NCBI GenBank assembly: GCA_963976765.1
Contig: CAXBME010000004.1
Location: forward strand, 62,001 to 126,000
DNA length: 64,000 nucleotides
Reading direction: 5' to 3'
From: an uncultured Planctomycetaceae bacterium
GTDB taxonomy: Bacteria; Planctomycetota; Planctomycetia; Planctomycetales; Planctomycetaceae
The number at the start of each line of letters is the position of its first letter. Positions within the stretch are counted from its first letter, which is position 1. Below, piece by piece: positions 27,257 through 37,386 of this stretch. A program made the position numbers and the translations under genes. The notes under the pieces are model-generated. The model was not told the origin of the DNA. It did no database searches and saw nothing but the letters and a program-made list of their open reading frames with translations.

Positions 27257-27320
27257 GATCGGATTCCAATCCCATATTTTCGCTTCATCAAACTGAAGCT
27301 GACATTTCGTACTCACCAAA

Positions 27321-27394
<74 letters not shown>

Positions 27395-27418
27395 ACTCAC
27401 ACAGGCGCCACGGCCTCA

Positions 27419-27571
27419 CTACTTCTTGCGCGACTCTTTATGAATCGTATGACGACGTAACTTCGGACAGTACTTCTTAAGCTCCAGCCGCTCCGTACCG
27501 CGAGTCTCTTTCTGGATTCGATAATTCCGAATTCCAGTTTCAGTGCATTCAAGCCAGACGTACTCTCGCAT
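27419..27571 (-). CDS. rpmG: 50S ribosomal protein L33 (absent from the ORF track, 50 aa)
   Basis: Hand translation MREYVWLECTETGIRNYRIQKETRGTERLELKKYCPKLRRHTIHKESRKK; canonical position between tuf and tRNA-Trp. Confidence 0.96.
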   Translation of the reverse strand: MREYVWLECTETGIRNYRIQKETRGTERLELKKYCPKLRRHTIHKESRKK

Positions 27572-27666
27572 CGCTATATCTCGCTTCCAGCCTCACAAAA
27601 CCAGAACAGCAGCCCCAAAAGCACCGAGTCCGCAATCAACCTGCGGACCCGGCAACCAGAAACCTG

Positions 27667-28863
27667 CTATTCAATAATCTTTGTAACAACCCCAGAACCA
27701 ACAGTCCGGCCACCTTCACGGATCGCAAACCGACTATTATCCGCCATAGCAATAGGCTTACCAAGCTCGACTTCAAGCTTAACATTATCCCCAGGCATGC
27801 ACATCTCAGCACCACCCAGAAGACTTGACGAACCAGTAACATCGGTAGTCCGGAAGTAAAACTGCGGACGATACCCACTAAAGAAAGGAGTATGACGCCC
27901 ACCCTCTTCCTTACTCAGAACGTACACCTCGCACTCAAACTTCGTATGCGGATTAATCGACCCCGGAGCAGCCAGAACCTGACCACGCTGAATATCATCC
28001 TTCTTCGTCCCACGAAGTAGAATACCAACATTGTCGCCAGCCATCCCTGAGTCGAGAGTCTTATTAAACATCTCAACACCAGTAACAGTCGTCTCCTGAG
28101 TATCAGCAAGGCCGACAATCTGAATCTTCTCACCAACCTTGATAACACCCTGCTCAATTCGCCCAGTCGCAACCGTACCACGTCCCTCAATAGAAAACAC
28201 ATCCTCAACAGCCATCTGAAACGGCCGATCAACAAGCCGCTCCGGCGCCGGAATATGAGCATCAAGAGCCGCAACCAAGTCAGTAATACACTGAGAAAAC
28301 GCATCGTCCGCCGGATTATCAAGCGCCCCCTTAGCATTCCCCCTGACAACCGGAATATCGTCACCCTCAAAACCATAGTTAGTCAGAAGCTCACGAACCT
28401 CCATTTCAACCAACTCGAGCAACTCTTCGTCATCAACAAGGTCACACTTATTCAAGAAGACGACCAACTCAGGCACATTCACCTGACGCGCCAGCAAGAT
28501 ATGCTCACGAGTCTGAGGCATCGGACCATCAGCCGCCGACACAACCAGAATCGCACCATCCATCTGAGCAGCACCAGTGATCATATTCTTAATATAGTCA
28601 GCGTGCCCCGGACAGTCGATGTGAGCATAGTGCCGAGTCTCCGACTCATACTCAACATGCGACACCGCAATAGTCACCGTCTTGGTATCATCCCGAACTG
28701 TACCACCCTTCGCGATATCAGCATAACTCTTAAACTGAGCAAGCCCCTTAGCACCCTGCACAGCCAACAGAGCAGCGGTCGTAGTTGTTTTACCATGGTC
28801 GATGTGGCCAATCGTTCCAACATTGACGTGTGTTTTCGTTCGCTCAAAATCTTGCTTGGCCAT
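27667..28863 (-). CDS. tuf: elongation factor Tu
   Basis: [39 protein letters not shown]. Confidence 0.99.
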   Translation of the reverse strand: MAKQDFERTKTHVNVGTIGHIDHGKTTTTAALLAVQGAKGLAQFKSYADIAKGGTVRDDTKTVTIAVSHVEYESETRHYAHIDCPGHADYIKNMITGAAQMDGAILVVSAADGPMPQTREHILLARQVNVPELVVFLNKCDLVDDEELLELVEMEVRELLTNYGFEGDDIPVVRGNAKGALDNPADDAFSQCITDLVAALDAHIPAPERLVDRPFQMAVEDVFSIEGRGTVATGRIEQGVIKVGEKIQIVGLADTQETTVTGVEMFNKTLDSGMAGDNVGILLRGTKKDDIQRGQVLAAPGSINPHTKFECEVYVLSKEEGGRHTPFFSGYRPQFYFRTTDVTGSSSLLGGAEMCMPGDNVKLEVELGKPIAMADNSRFAIREGGRTVGSGVVTKIIE

Positions 28864-28950
28864 TGGAACTCGTCCCCGTCCTTAAACTTAACCAGGTACA
28901 TGAAGCGCGGGCTACACGGTCCACGAAGCCCAGTGAGCCTGCCCTGTCAG

Positions 28951-28985
28951 AAGAAAAAACCGCCGCAGGCGACTTTGCCTGCACC
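28951..28985 (-). terminator. terminator-like hairpin between the tRNA cluster and tuf
   Basis: mRNA reads TGCAGGC-AAAGTC-GCCTGCG then GCGGTTTTTTCTT. Confidence 0.55.
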
Positions 28986-29060
<75 letters not shown>

Positions 29061-29131
29061 AAACCCAGATCATGGACCAAATGGCGAACGCCAAACCTAC
29101 AACGACGCCAATCAACTCCCAAAACTCCTAG

Positions 29132-29202
29132 AGCGGGTGAAGGGAATCGAACCCTCACAACCAGCTTGGAAGGCTGGGGCTCTACCGTTGAGCTACACCC
29201 GC
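29132..29202 (-). tRNA. tRNA-Gly (TCC)
   Basis: GCGGGTG/CACCCGC acceptor stem, CCAGC-CTTCCAA-GCTGG anticodon arm. Confidence 0.97.
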
Positions 29203-29248
29203 GTCAAAACCAAAGAATCTCAGAATCCAAACTGCAATCAAACAAAAA

Positions 29249-29330
<82 letters not shown>

Positions 29331-29468
29331 CGACAAACCCACGACTCAGATGCATTCCTGGACACAACAAACGGCAGACGCACCGCACTCGCAGTTTTCG
29401 AAGACGCGGGACTGTAGCGACTTCGAAATCGAATGTGAAGCAAACAGGAATTGATCGATCCGCAGAAA

Positions 29469-29541
29469 AGCCAGCGGTGGGACTCGAACCCACAACCTGC
29501 GGTTTACAAAACCGCTGCTCTGCCAATTGAGCTACACTGGC
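29469..29541 (-). tRNA. tRNA-Thr (TGT)
   Basis: GCCAGTG/CGCTGGC acceptor stem, GCGGT-TTTGTAA-ACCGC anticodon arm. Confidence 0.97.
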
Positions 29542-29754
29542 GTCAGTACTTGTCGCTTTAAGACAACTTTAAGTGGGAGAAGAATCTTTTACGGTACAAT
29601 TTCCACCTGCGTAAAAGAGGCACCCCCAAGCTGGCAGCACATTTTTCACGAGTCTCACTGGCAAGGCGTGATTGCCATCCAGTTTTTAAACCCGCTGTGC
29701 AGCCTCAGTCTGCACAGCGAATCATGTTACGAGAACAATACCCAAGGTGCACGA

Positions 29755-29790
29755 CCGGCGGGATGATATCAAGCGCGCGAATGTGTTCAA
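29755..29790 (-). promoter_or_regulatory. putative sigma-70 promoter of the tRNA-tuf superoperon with GC-rich discriminator
   Basis: Minus strand reads TTGAAC-N16-TATCAT with an extended -10 TGn, followed by CCCGCCGG. Confidence 0.6.
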
Positions 29791-30025
29791 GGTTAGCTGC
29801 GAACTTGCGCAAGTTTCCGATCCATTGTTCCCATCGACGCGGTGTGTGACATAATCGGCGTGCCCCGTCGCCGTCGAGACTTCGATCGCCTTTAAAGCGG
29901 TGATGCGACACCAAATTCCGTCATCAGGTTCGAAAAGTCACATCAGGAAGACCTTGCAGAGACCAGCAGCCATTTCATCCATTTCCGAGGCAAAAATTCT
30001 AGATTCGATCCGGAACTACTGAATT

Positions 30026-31702
30026 TCAGTCTTCCAGAGTGATTTCCAGGCCGATGTCGTCGGCAATTTTTCTCAACTTTTCCAGCCCGGTGTTGATAAT
30101 CTGTCTTGTTCGCTCCTTCGAGACTCCAAGCCGGTCGCCAATCTGCTCAAGCGTCATTGGCCCAGAGGTTCCATGCAGCGAGAACCGCAAACTGATTGCT
30201 TCCTGCTCACGTTCGTTGAGCTGCCCGAGAATCGATCCGAGCGTGTCGTACTGATTGGCTGCCAGCTTTTCATCGACTGACGCGGCTCGACGACCATCTT
30301 TTTTATCCGTCAGCACTGACTCGCTCCCTGTCCGAAAACGTTCAAGCTGCGTCCCCTCTTTCGGTATCGACCGGGCGAACGAACGCATGAGCGCCCAGGT
30401 TGCGTAGGTGGAAAACTTAGTGCCTCGGGAATAGTCAAATTTCTCGATAGCCCGAATGAGCGTCATGTTTCCATCGCTGATCATTTCAAAAAAACCAGCT
30501 GTCTGCCGGCGGTGCTTGCCCGCCACCGAAACCACGAGCCGCAGGTTCGACCGAATCAGCACATTCTTGATGGCGATGCTTTTCTCAAGCAGACGTTCGA
30601 TCTCGTTCATATCGCGAACGCGTTCGCAACTCTTGAGCAGCGTGTCCCGTAGCTGTTTCGCTTTGAATTTCAGAAAATTCATTCGCCGAAACAGCTCACG
30701 CTCTTCTTCGCGCGCGAGCAGCGGCAGAGCGTAAAGGTCTGAGAAATACCCTGGCAACTCACTTTTACTGTCGATTGCGGAGCGTTCTGGCAGATCAAGT
30801 TCAATCGGGAGTTCGACGATTCGGTCACTTGCGTCTTCAGACAGAAACTCGTCGCTCGGAACAAACTCAATCGGCTGTTCCAGCAGAATCTTCGCGCGGT
30901 ACTCATTCGCGATGCGGTAAATACTGGATCGGGTTCGGCCAAAACTCTCGACCAGGTCCCGAACCGGCACTCCCTTACGCACCGCCTGAAAAATCTTACG
31001 ACGACCTTCGTCCGTCAGCGGTGCGGCAACATCCGGGAAAATCTTTGCGGCAGCATATTTCCGGTCAAACGCCTTCAGGATGTAGCGGATAGTTTCGACG
31101 GATCGGCCAGTGCGTCGAGCCACTCGGTGCGACACGTCGGTCGGCGAGGCGCCGTATCGAGCAAGTCGGCGGGCACGACGGATGATGAATTCTCGTTCGG
31201 AATCCGTCACCTGACTGAACTTCGCGCTGCGGTCGATGAGTTCAGCGTTGAGCTTCTCGAACTGCTCCACCCGGGAGATCAGAAAACCAACACGCTTCCG
31301 CTTACCGAACAGGTATCGACGCCCGGCCAGTCCGCGGTCTCGCCAGCGAGTGACTGTTTTCTCGGAAACGTTGAACCGCCTGCTGAGGTCCTGCAGCGTG
31401 AGGACTGGTTCAGTCGCCGCTTCGGCAGCGAGATTTGCGCTGTCGGACAAATCTTCCACGAAGCATCGCAGATCGTGCAGGAGATCATCGCCGGCCAACT
31501 CCAGATTCGGGTACATCCCGGCGCGATACTTCGTCAGCTTCTCACAGAGGTCGGGATAGGAGTATTTCTGGTCCGGCACCACCTGGAAAGCGAGTTCTTC
31601 AGCACGACCAACCTGCTCCAGCCGAACCGGAACCGGTGCAAAACGCAGCTGCTGATCAGCCAGTTGCTTCATCGCTGGATTGCGATATCGAGGGCCGGGC
31701 AC
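30026..31702 (-). CDS. sigma-70 family RNA polymerase sigma factor with long multi-HTH N-terminal extension
   Basis: Region 1.2 (LPLLAREEERELF), region 2 (SNLRLVVSVA, LIRAIEKFDYSRGTKFSTYATW), region 4 (MTLEQIGDRLGVSKERTRQI). Confidence 0.9.
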   Translation of the reverse strand: MPGPRYRNPAMKQLADQQLRFAPVPVRLEQVGRAEELAFQVVPDQKYSYPDLCEKLTKYRAGMYPNLELAGDDLLHDLRCFVEDLSDSANLAAEAATEPVLTLQDLSRRFNVSEKTVTRWRDRGLAGRRYLFGKRKRVGFLISRVEQFEKLNAELIDRSAKFSQVTDSEREFIIRRARRLARYGASPTDVSHRVARRTGRSVETIRYILKAFDRKYAAAKIFPDVAAPLTDEGRRKIFQAVRKGVPVRDLVESFGRTRSSIYRIANEYRAKILLEQPIEFVPSDEFLSEDASDRIVELPIELDLPERSAIDSKSELPGYFSDLYALPLLAREEERELFRRMNFLKFKAKQLRDTLLKSCERVRDMNEIERLLEKSIAIKNVLIRSNLRLVVSVAGKHRRQTAGFFEMISDGNMTLIRAIEKFDYSRGTKFSTYATWALMRSFARSIPKEGTQLERFRTGSESVLTDKKDGRRAASVDEKLAANQYDTLGSILGQLNEREQEAISLRFSLHGTSGPMTLEQIGDRLGVSKERTRQIINTGLEKLRKIADDIGLEITLED

Positions 31703-31849
31703 GTGAAGACTCAGATGGGGAATAAAAGCATCGAATCACCGTTGAGTCATCTTGAACCGCTCAACGACTGAAACTCTACCAATTCTCTCCAACCAGCGCC
31801 GCCGCAATCAATCCCATTCTTGCTGACCGCCTATCCCGACTTGTTGAAC

Positions 31850-32353
31850 TTACTCGGCGGTTTCAATAGCTGCCGTCGCTGGAGTCATTGGCGGCGTGAA
31901 CTTTCCTCGGACCTTCACAAAGCCGGAAATGCTCACGATGGTCGCTGCGAGCAGAATCAGGACTTTCAACCATTTCGCCCGGTTCTGCCTGATTCCTTCC
32001 AGGGCTTTCGATTTTCCGACGAGTGCCGACGCGAGAAAGAAAACGGCCAGAGCCAGGATCATTTTCGTACCGACCAGCGCGTGATAAAGACCGTCGCCCT
32101 TGTGGAGCGGGATCGCCTGCATGTAGTTGTAAAAGCCGCTGATCAGAAACAGCCCGATACCCGGCCCCACAAACTTCTTCCATCGGGCGAGCACGCCTTC
32201 CCGCAGCCGGCCATGCTCCTCATCACTGAGACTGGCATTCGCCGCCGGCATTAATGCAAAGGCCATAAACACGCTGCCGCCGACAAGGGTAATTGCCGTT
32301 CCAACGTGAACGATTCGCGAGGCGGTATTAAGGATCAGTTCAGCAGTCGTCAT
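31850..32353 (-). CDS. four-TM membrane protein (CopD/DUF4149-like)
   Basis: RIVHVGTAITLVGG, LISGFYN, YHALVGTK; four hydrophobic segments with intramembrane His residues. Confidence 0.6.
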   Translation of the reverse strand: MTTAELILNTASRIVHVGTAITLVGGSVFMAFALMPAANASLSDEEHGRLREGVLARWKKFVGPGIGLFLISGFYNYMQAIPLHKGDGLYHALVGTKMILALAVFFLASALVGKSKALEGIRQNRAKWLKVLILLAATIVSISGFVKVRGKFTPPMTPATAAIETAE

Positions 32354-32427
32354 GATGTCAATTCCGAAATGTTGTTAATCGGTCGCGGGTATTGTTGCGG
32401 CCTGCCCGGCGAAGGCAAACCGGACGG

Positions 32428-33411
32428 CTACGACACTTCGGCAGTTTCGCGGTTTCGAGAACCCGGCACAGTGCGTTCGGCAATGCTGTAAGTGTCGATG
32501 TCCCGGCCCGTGTAGGAAATCAGCAACTCCGCCACGAATCCCAGCGAAATCGCCTGCGCACCAAGCAGTAATGCAGCTACCGAATAATGCAGCAGCGGTC
32601 GGCTACCGATCGGGGCGAAGCCGGCTCCAAAGATATTTGTCACCAGCCACACACAGGTCAGCCATCCCAGACCGAGCGACCCAAGACCGAACAGCGTCAG
32701 CCCGATCCCCCCCATCAGATGCTGAGGCCGTGTCCCGTAGCCGGTCAGAAATTTGACCGTCAGCAGATCGAGAAATCCTCGCAGAAACCGTTTAACACCG
32801 TACTTCGAATGGCCAAACTGCCGCTCGCGATGATTGACAGACAGTTCCGAGACTTTGAATCCGCGGGCGTGAGCCAGCACGGGAATAAACCGGTGCAGTT
32901 CGCCGTAAAGCCGGATTTCGTGAGTCACCTCGCGGCGAAACAGTTTCAGGCCGCAGTTGTGATCGTGCAGCCACAGCCCGGTCAGCCGGCCAATCATCCA
33001 GTTGAAAACCTTGCTCGGATAAACTTTGTGCCACGGATCAAGGCGTCGTACTTTCCAGCCGTTGACGACGTCGAATCCTTCTTCCAGCTTCGCGAGGAAC
33101 TTCGGAATTTCTGCCGGATCGTCCTGAAGATCGGCGTCCATCATCATGATAAACTCGCCGTCGGCCGCTCGCATTCCGCTGGTCAGCGCGGCTGCTTTTC
33201 CAAAATTGCGTCGAAACCTGATCCCGGAAATCCGCTCGTCCGATTTCGAAGCCGTGTTGATAACCGCCCACGAACCGTCCGTCGATCCGTCATCAATGAA
33301 AATAATCTCGAAGGAGACCTCATTTTCTTCGCAGGTGGCAATGATCTCCTGAGTCAGCTCAAGCAGACTTTCGGACTCATTCAGTACGGGGACGATCACA
33401 GAAAGTTTCAT
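32428..33411 (-). CDS. GT2 polyprenol-phosphate glycosyltransferase (ArnC/DPM-like)
   Basis: [40 protein letters not shown]; two C-terminal TM helices. Confidence 0.92.
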   Translation of the reverse strand: MKLSVIVPVLNESESLLELTQEIIATCEENEVSFEIIFIDDGSTDGSWAVINTASKSDERISGIRFRRNFGKAAALTSGMRAADGEFIMMMDADLQDDPAEIPKFLAKLEEGFDVVNGWKVRRLDPWHKVYPSKVFNWMIGRLTGLWLHDHNCGLKLFRREVTHEIRLYGELHRFIPVLAHARGFKVSELSVNHRERQFGHSKYGVKRFLRGFLDLLTVKFLTGYGTRPQHLMGGIGLTLFGLGSLGLGWLTCVWLVTNIFGAGFAPIGSRPLLHYSVAALLLGAQAISLGFVAELLISYTGRDIDTYSIAERTVPGSRNRETAEVS

Positions 33412-33802
33412 GGCGATCTTCCTTTGAGGGGGTCGGGCGACGAAGGTCACTCCAGACGAGGGTTGAGGCAGGAAACCGAAACTCACGATCAACACGATCA
33501 AAGACAAAAGCGAGTGTTCGTCCGGGTGAGTCGTCATCAGGTGGGCCAGCAAGGGGCGTCGACTTCGAATCGGGATGCATCCTTACCGCCGGACAGTCTG
33601 CCAAAGAACCTTCAGCCTCGCAAACGCACTTGGGAAGATGGTCGCATTCTACGGCACAGTCAGAAAGATTGCGCAACTGAATGTGTCAACGTAATTGCGA
33701 CAATCCTGAAAAAAAAAACCGAGAAACGACGGGAATTTTCGGTAATCGAGCCGTCGAGTGGAATAGCCACATGCACGACCGCAGACAGGCAGGTGGTACA
33801 CC

Positions 33803-34387
33803 ATGACAAGCAACCGGCAAACAGAAGACGCGACTTCAGCTGACCGAGAGGTGCAGTACAGCCAGTTTGTCGCGTTAATTGCTCGGCATGATCAGTCCAT
33901 TCGACGGTTTGTCCGATCGCTGCTGCCATCCCAGGAGGGTGTTGATGACGTTGTGCAGGAAACCGCTCTGGAGTGCTGGAAGAAGTTTTCTGACTTCGCG
34001 CCGGCAACTCCCGAAAATGCCGTCGATGAATTCGTGCGATGGGCATGCGTGATTGCTCGGTTTAAGGCGCTAAGCTGGCAACGGGACCGAGCTCGAGATC
34101 GGCTGATCTTTCGTGAAGGCGTCATCGAGGCTTTGGCAGCAGCGGCGATGGACAGTCTCGATCGGCAGGAATCCGAACGCCGCGCCGTCGAAAATTGCCT
34201 GCAAACGATGCCGGACGATCAGCGGCAGCTTGTGTTGAGCGTACATTCTCCGGGCGAATCAATCGCGAAGATTGCTGCCGAAACCGGGCAAAAAGCACGA
34301 CGGCTTTACAGTCGTATCAACGTTCTGCGAAACCTGCTCCTTGACTGCGTTCAGCAACGCCTGGCGGGAGAAGCCACCAATGGATGA
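33803..34387 (+). CDS. ECF sigma factor (Rhodopirellula/Verrucomicrobium type)
   Basis: DDVVQET..W.K, FVRWACVIARF, region 4 with RINVLRNLLLDCVQQRL; overlaps the downstream anti-sigma gene. Confidence 0.9.
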   Translation: MTSNRQTEDATSADREVQYSQFVALIARHDQSIRRFVRSLLPSQEGVDDVVQETALECWKKFSDFAPATPENAVDEFVRWACVIARFKALSWQRDRARDRLIFREGVIEALAAAAMDSLDRQESERRAVENCLQTMPDDQRQLVLSVHSPGESIAKIAAETGQKARRLYSRINVLRNLLLDCVQQRLAGEATNG

Positions 34388-36077
34388 GTCGATTAGAAGT
34401 CTGATTTTCCAGGCAATCGACCAGACGATCTCCGCCGAAGACTTCGAACGTCTGCAGAATGCGATTGAGCAAAGCGACGAGGTTCGTGCCGACTACTTGA
34501 ACGCAGTCAGTTTATGTGAGTCATTGAGCGACATCGCGGCAGTCGAAGACAATTCTGCGGATGCCCCGAAATCGGCAAGTGTCCACACGTCGTCAGAGTT
34601 TATGCTTGCCAGCCACCAAACGAACCGACGCCTTACAGCCAGCCGCTGGGCTCGTACAGTTGTCGCCCCGACCGCAATCATGATCGTCGGAGCTGCCGCA
34701 TTCTGGTTCGGGCTTAAAGACGGGATCCGGCGACAAGAACAATTTGCGGGCAGAGAAGAAATCACGGGCACGAATTCAGAATCAGTCATCGCAGGGCACG
34801 CTACGCTGCGACGCTCTGTGGATATTCGATGGTCTGAAAAGTCGAACTCGTACCGTGAAGGTGACGTTCTACCGGCGGGGATGCTTCAGTTTGACCAGGG
34901 AGTCGCCGAGATCGATTTCTTCTGCGGTGCCACATTAATCGTCGAGGGGCCGGCCACGTTGAATGTCGAATCGGACTGGTCGGTGCAGGTTGCCAGTGGT
35001 CGTCTGCGAGCGAGCGTACCGCCAGCTGCTCGGGGCTTCATGGTGATGGCAGCAGGTTCGACGATTATCGATCTGGGAACTGAGTTTGCCCTCGACGTTG
35101 GAGCTGAGAATGCCCATGTCGAAGTGATCGATGGGGAAGTAGAACTTCGTGGCGGAGAGTATGACGGTAACCATCTGACGACCGGTCAAAGACGTTGGCT
35201 GAAGGGCTCAGGCAATGATGATTCATTGGCAGGTCTCAGTACGACGGGCGACTTACAACGTCGTCGCGGCATGGCTCAGGCCCAGCGGTTCATCAACTGG
35301 CAGGTACATTCTCAGCAGTTAAGAGCCGATGACCGACTAATTGCTTACTACCCGATTGCCGAGTCCAGCACAGGCCGGATTGTTCCGAATGTGGCAGCCT
35401 CTGGCAGCGAGCGAGACGGACAGACAGTCGGCCTGGCGAACCGAGTCGACGGACGGTTCGGCGAAATGTCATCGGGATTTGAATTCGACCGACCGGGTTC
35501 ACGAGTTCGCGTTCGAATCGACGGAGAGTTCCGGGCATTCACGTTCGCGTGCTGGACGAAGATCGACAGTCTGGAACATCGTTACAACGCATTGTTCATG
35601 GGCGATGGTTACGAGAACGGCGAGCCTCACTGGCAGATTCGCGACGACGGCTGTCTGATGTTTTCAGTGATGGTTGACGATTCGAAAGAGATCATCCACC
35701 GCACGCCCTTCGACGAGCAGCCGGTGAAGGACGCTGGTCTGCATCGGGTCTATCTGACAGAACCATTCTGGGATATTTCGAAGAGTGGTCAGTGGTTTCA
35801 CATCGCCGCCGTTTATGACCCGGTTGGTCGCGAGGTCGTGCAGTTCGTCAATGGCGAAGAATTGAGTCGCCAGGAAATTATCGACCGATTCCACGTCGAA
35901 TCATTGCGAATCGGCCCGGCCGAGATCGGCAACTGGGGACAACCATTTCGTAAAACGCCCTGGTTCGCCGTTCGCAACCTGAACGGCACAATCGACGAAC
36001 TGGCCATCTTCAATGCGGCTTTGACGTCTGACGAAATTCGAAACCTTTACGAGCAGGGACGACCTCTTGGCTACTAG
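34380..36077 (+). CDS. FecR-domain anti-sigma factor with C-terminal LamG/ConA-like domain
   Basis: TM helix, FecR motif IIDLGTEFAL...VEVIDGEVEL, LamG motifs WFHIAAVYD and LNGTIDELAIFNAALT. Confidence 0.88.
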   Translation: MDESIRSLIFQAIDQTISAEDFERLQNAIEQSDEVRADYLNAVSLCESLSDIAAVEDNSADAPKSASVHTSSEFMLASHQTNRRLTASRWARTVVAPTAIMIVGAAAFWFGLKDGIRRQEQFAGREEITGTNSESVIAGHATLRRSVDIRWSEKSNSYREGDVLPAGMLQFDQGVAEIDFFCGATLIVEGPATLNVESDWSVQVASGRLRASVPPAARGFMVMAAGSTIIDLGTEFALDVGAENAHVEVIDGEVELRGGEYDGNHLTTGQRRWLKGSGNDDSLAGLSTTGDLQRRRGMAQAQRFINWQVHSQQLRADDRLIAYYPIAESSTGRIVPNVAASGSERDGQTVGLANRVDGRFGEMSSGFEFDRPGSRVRVRIDGEFRAFTFACWTKIDSLEHRYNALFMGDGYENGEPHWQIRDDGCLMFSVMVDDSKEIIHRTPFDEQPVKDAGLHRVYLTEPFWDISKSGQWFHIAAVYDPVGREVVQFVNGEELSRQEIIDRFHVESLRIGPAEIGNWGQPFRKTPWFAVRNLNGTIDELAIFNAALTSDEIRNLYEQGRPLGY

Positions 36078-36132
36078 ACGACAAACGAAGCCGACAGCAC
36101 TGGTCGTGGGCCGTGAATTGAAAAACGTAATT

Positions 36133-37296
36133 ATGGCTGAGGCTCGCGTCCCAGGCTCGCGATTCTGTGCATTCCTGCTGGCCGCCTTCGCGATAGGTAC
36201 AGCGTGCGCCGCAGCGGAATCGTCCCTGGAGACGACCACCTTCATACCGCTGGGAGCTGCCGGCAAGCTGTCACAAAGCTGGCAACTCGTCGCAGGGCAG
36301 TCCGACGAGTTCAACACTCCGAAAGTCGACCGTGCAAAGTGGAATATCAACACGCAGGACTTTGGTCCATGGAGCTGGGAACCGGAAAACGTCACGCAGA
36401 AAGACGGTTCGATGCACCTGCAAATGGTTCACAAAGAACATCGACGCGGGAACCAAACGCTGCATTACAAATCGGGAATGGCGAGAAACGACCGAACGAT
36501 TACCTATGGGTATTTCGAAGCCCGCATCAAGGGTTGCTCGCGGTACCCTGGTGCGTGCCCATCGTTCTGGCTGTACAGCATCGGTCCGCAGAATCGACAC
36601 ATCGCCCGTGACGGCGAAACCGTCGCCTATTCCGAAATCGACATCGTCGAGATGCAGCAAAGCGAATACGACTTCGAAACGAAGAAACACTTCCCCGTCA
36701 CACGGATCGACTGCAACCTTCACACGACGCTGATCAAAGACGGCAAGCGAGTCTGGGCTCGCCCGAACAATCGACCGGATCTTTGCAAGACTCATTTCGA
36801 TTCTCCGTGGGACCCTCGAGAAGACTACCACGTTTACGGAGTCCGCAATTCCAAAGACTGGATCATCTGGTACATCGATGGGCAGGAAGTCGGACGGAAA
36901 GCAAACCTGTACTGGCACCTTCCGATGCATGTCACCCTTTCGCTGGGACTGCGATACCCCTTCGTTGGGTACAAAAATGATGAACGTTTTGCGGCCTCAG
37001 AGAAAACAACAACCGGAGGTTTTCCCACGACGATGTCGGTTGACTACGTCCGCGTCTGGCAGACCCCGGACGATGTTGCGAACCAGGCTTCAGTAAAGAA
37101 AACCGCCACTGACTGGACGAAAGCCGAATACATCGCGAAGGAAAAAGCAAACTGGGCCAGGAACGGATGGCAATGGAATCAAAGCAAGGTTGAATCCAAC
37201 TTCGCCGAAGTCGACACGAACAACGACGGTCTGACATCAGGCCAGGAACGGCAGGCCTGGTATGCAAAGAAAGTGGCGGAGTCGAAGAAGCAGTAA
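36133..37296 (+). CDS. secreted GH16 glycoside hydrolase, kappa-carrageenase-like, with C-terminal EF-hand-like module
   Basis: SDEFN, YGYFEARIKG, PSFWLY, catalytic YSEIDIVE, LSLGLRYPF, FPTTMSVDYVRVW; DTNNDGLTSGQE. Confidence 0.82.
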   Translation: MAEARVPGSRFCAFLLAAFAIGTACAAAESSLETTTFIPLGAAGKLSQSWQLVAGQSDEFNTPKVDRAKWNINTQDFGPWSWEPENVTQKDGSMHLQMVHKEHRRGNQTLHYKSGMARNDRTITYGYFEARIKGCSRYPGACPSFWLYSIGPQNRHIARDGETVAYSEIDIVEMQQSEYDFETKKHFPVTRIDCNLHTTLIKDGKRVWARPNNRPDLCKTHFDSPWDPREDYHVYGVRNSKDWIIWYIDGQEVGRKANLYWHLPMHVTLSLGLRYPFVGYKNDERFAASEKTTTGGFPTTMSVDYVRVWQTPDDVANQASVKKTATDWTKAEYIAKEKANWARNGWQWNQSKVESNFAEVDTNNDGLTSGQERQAWYAKKVAESKKQ

Positions 37297-37305
37297 GCTC
37301 TACCC

Positions 37306-37373
37306 GTAGTGGGATTCGCCAGAATTCCCTTTATCGAACATTTAATTCAAGGAAGTCGGGCGACTTCCACTAC
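37306..37373. repeat. inverted pair of GTAG-type REP-like palindromes (family B)
   Basis: GTAGTGGGATTCGCCAGAATTCC (37306-37328) and reverse-complement GTAGTGGAAGTCGCCCGACTTCC (37351-37373). Confidence 0.75.
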
Positions 37374-37386
37374 TTGAAGAAGAACC

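Noticed and set aside
29469..30025. tRNA cluster as a possible integration site for a mobile element
   Set aside because: No integrase, no duplicated tRNA 3' end and no foreign gene block adjacent
32587..33843. 418-aa plus-strand ORF
   Set aside because: Antisense shadow of the GT2 gene; no motifs
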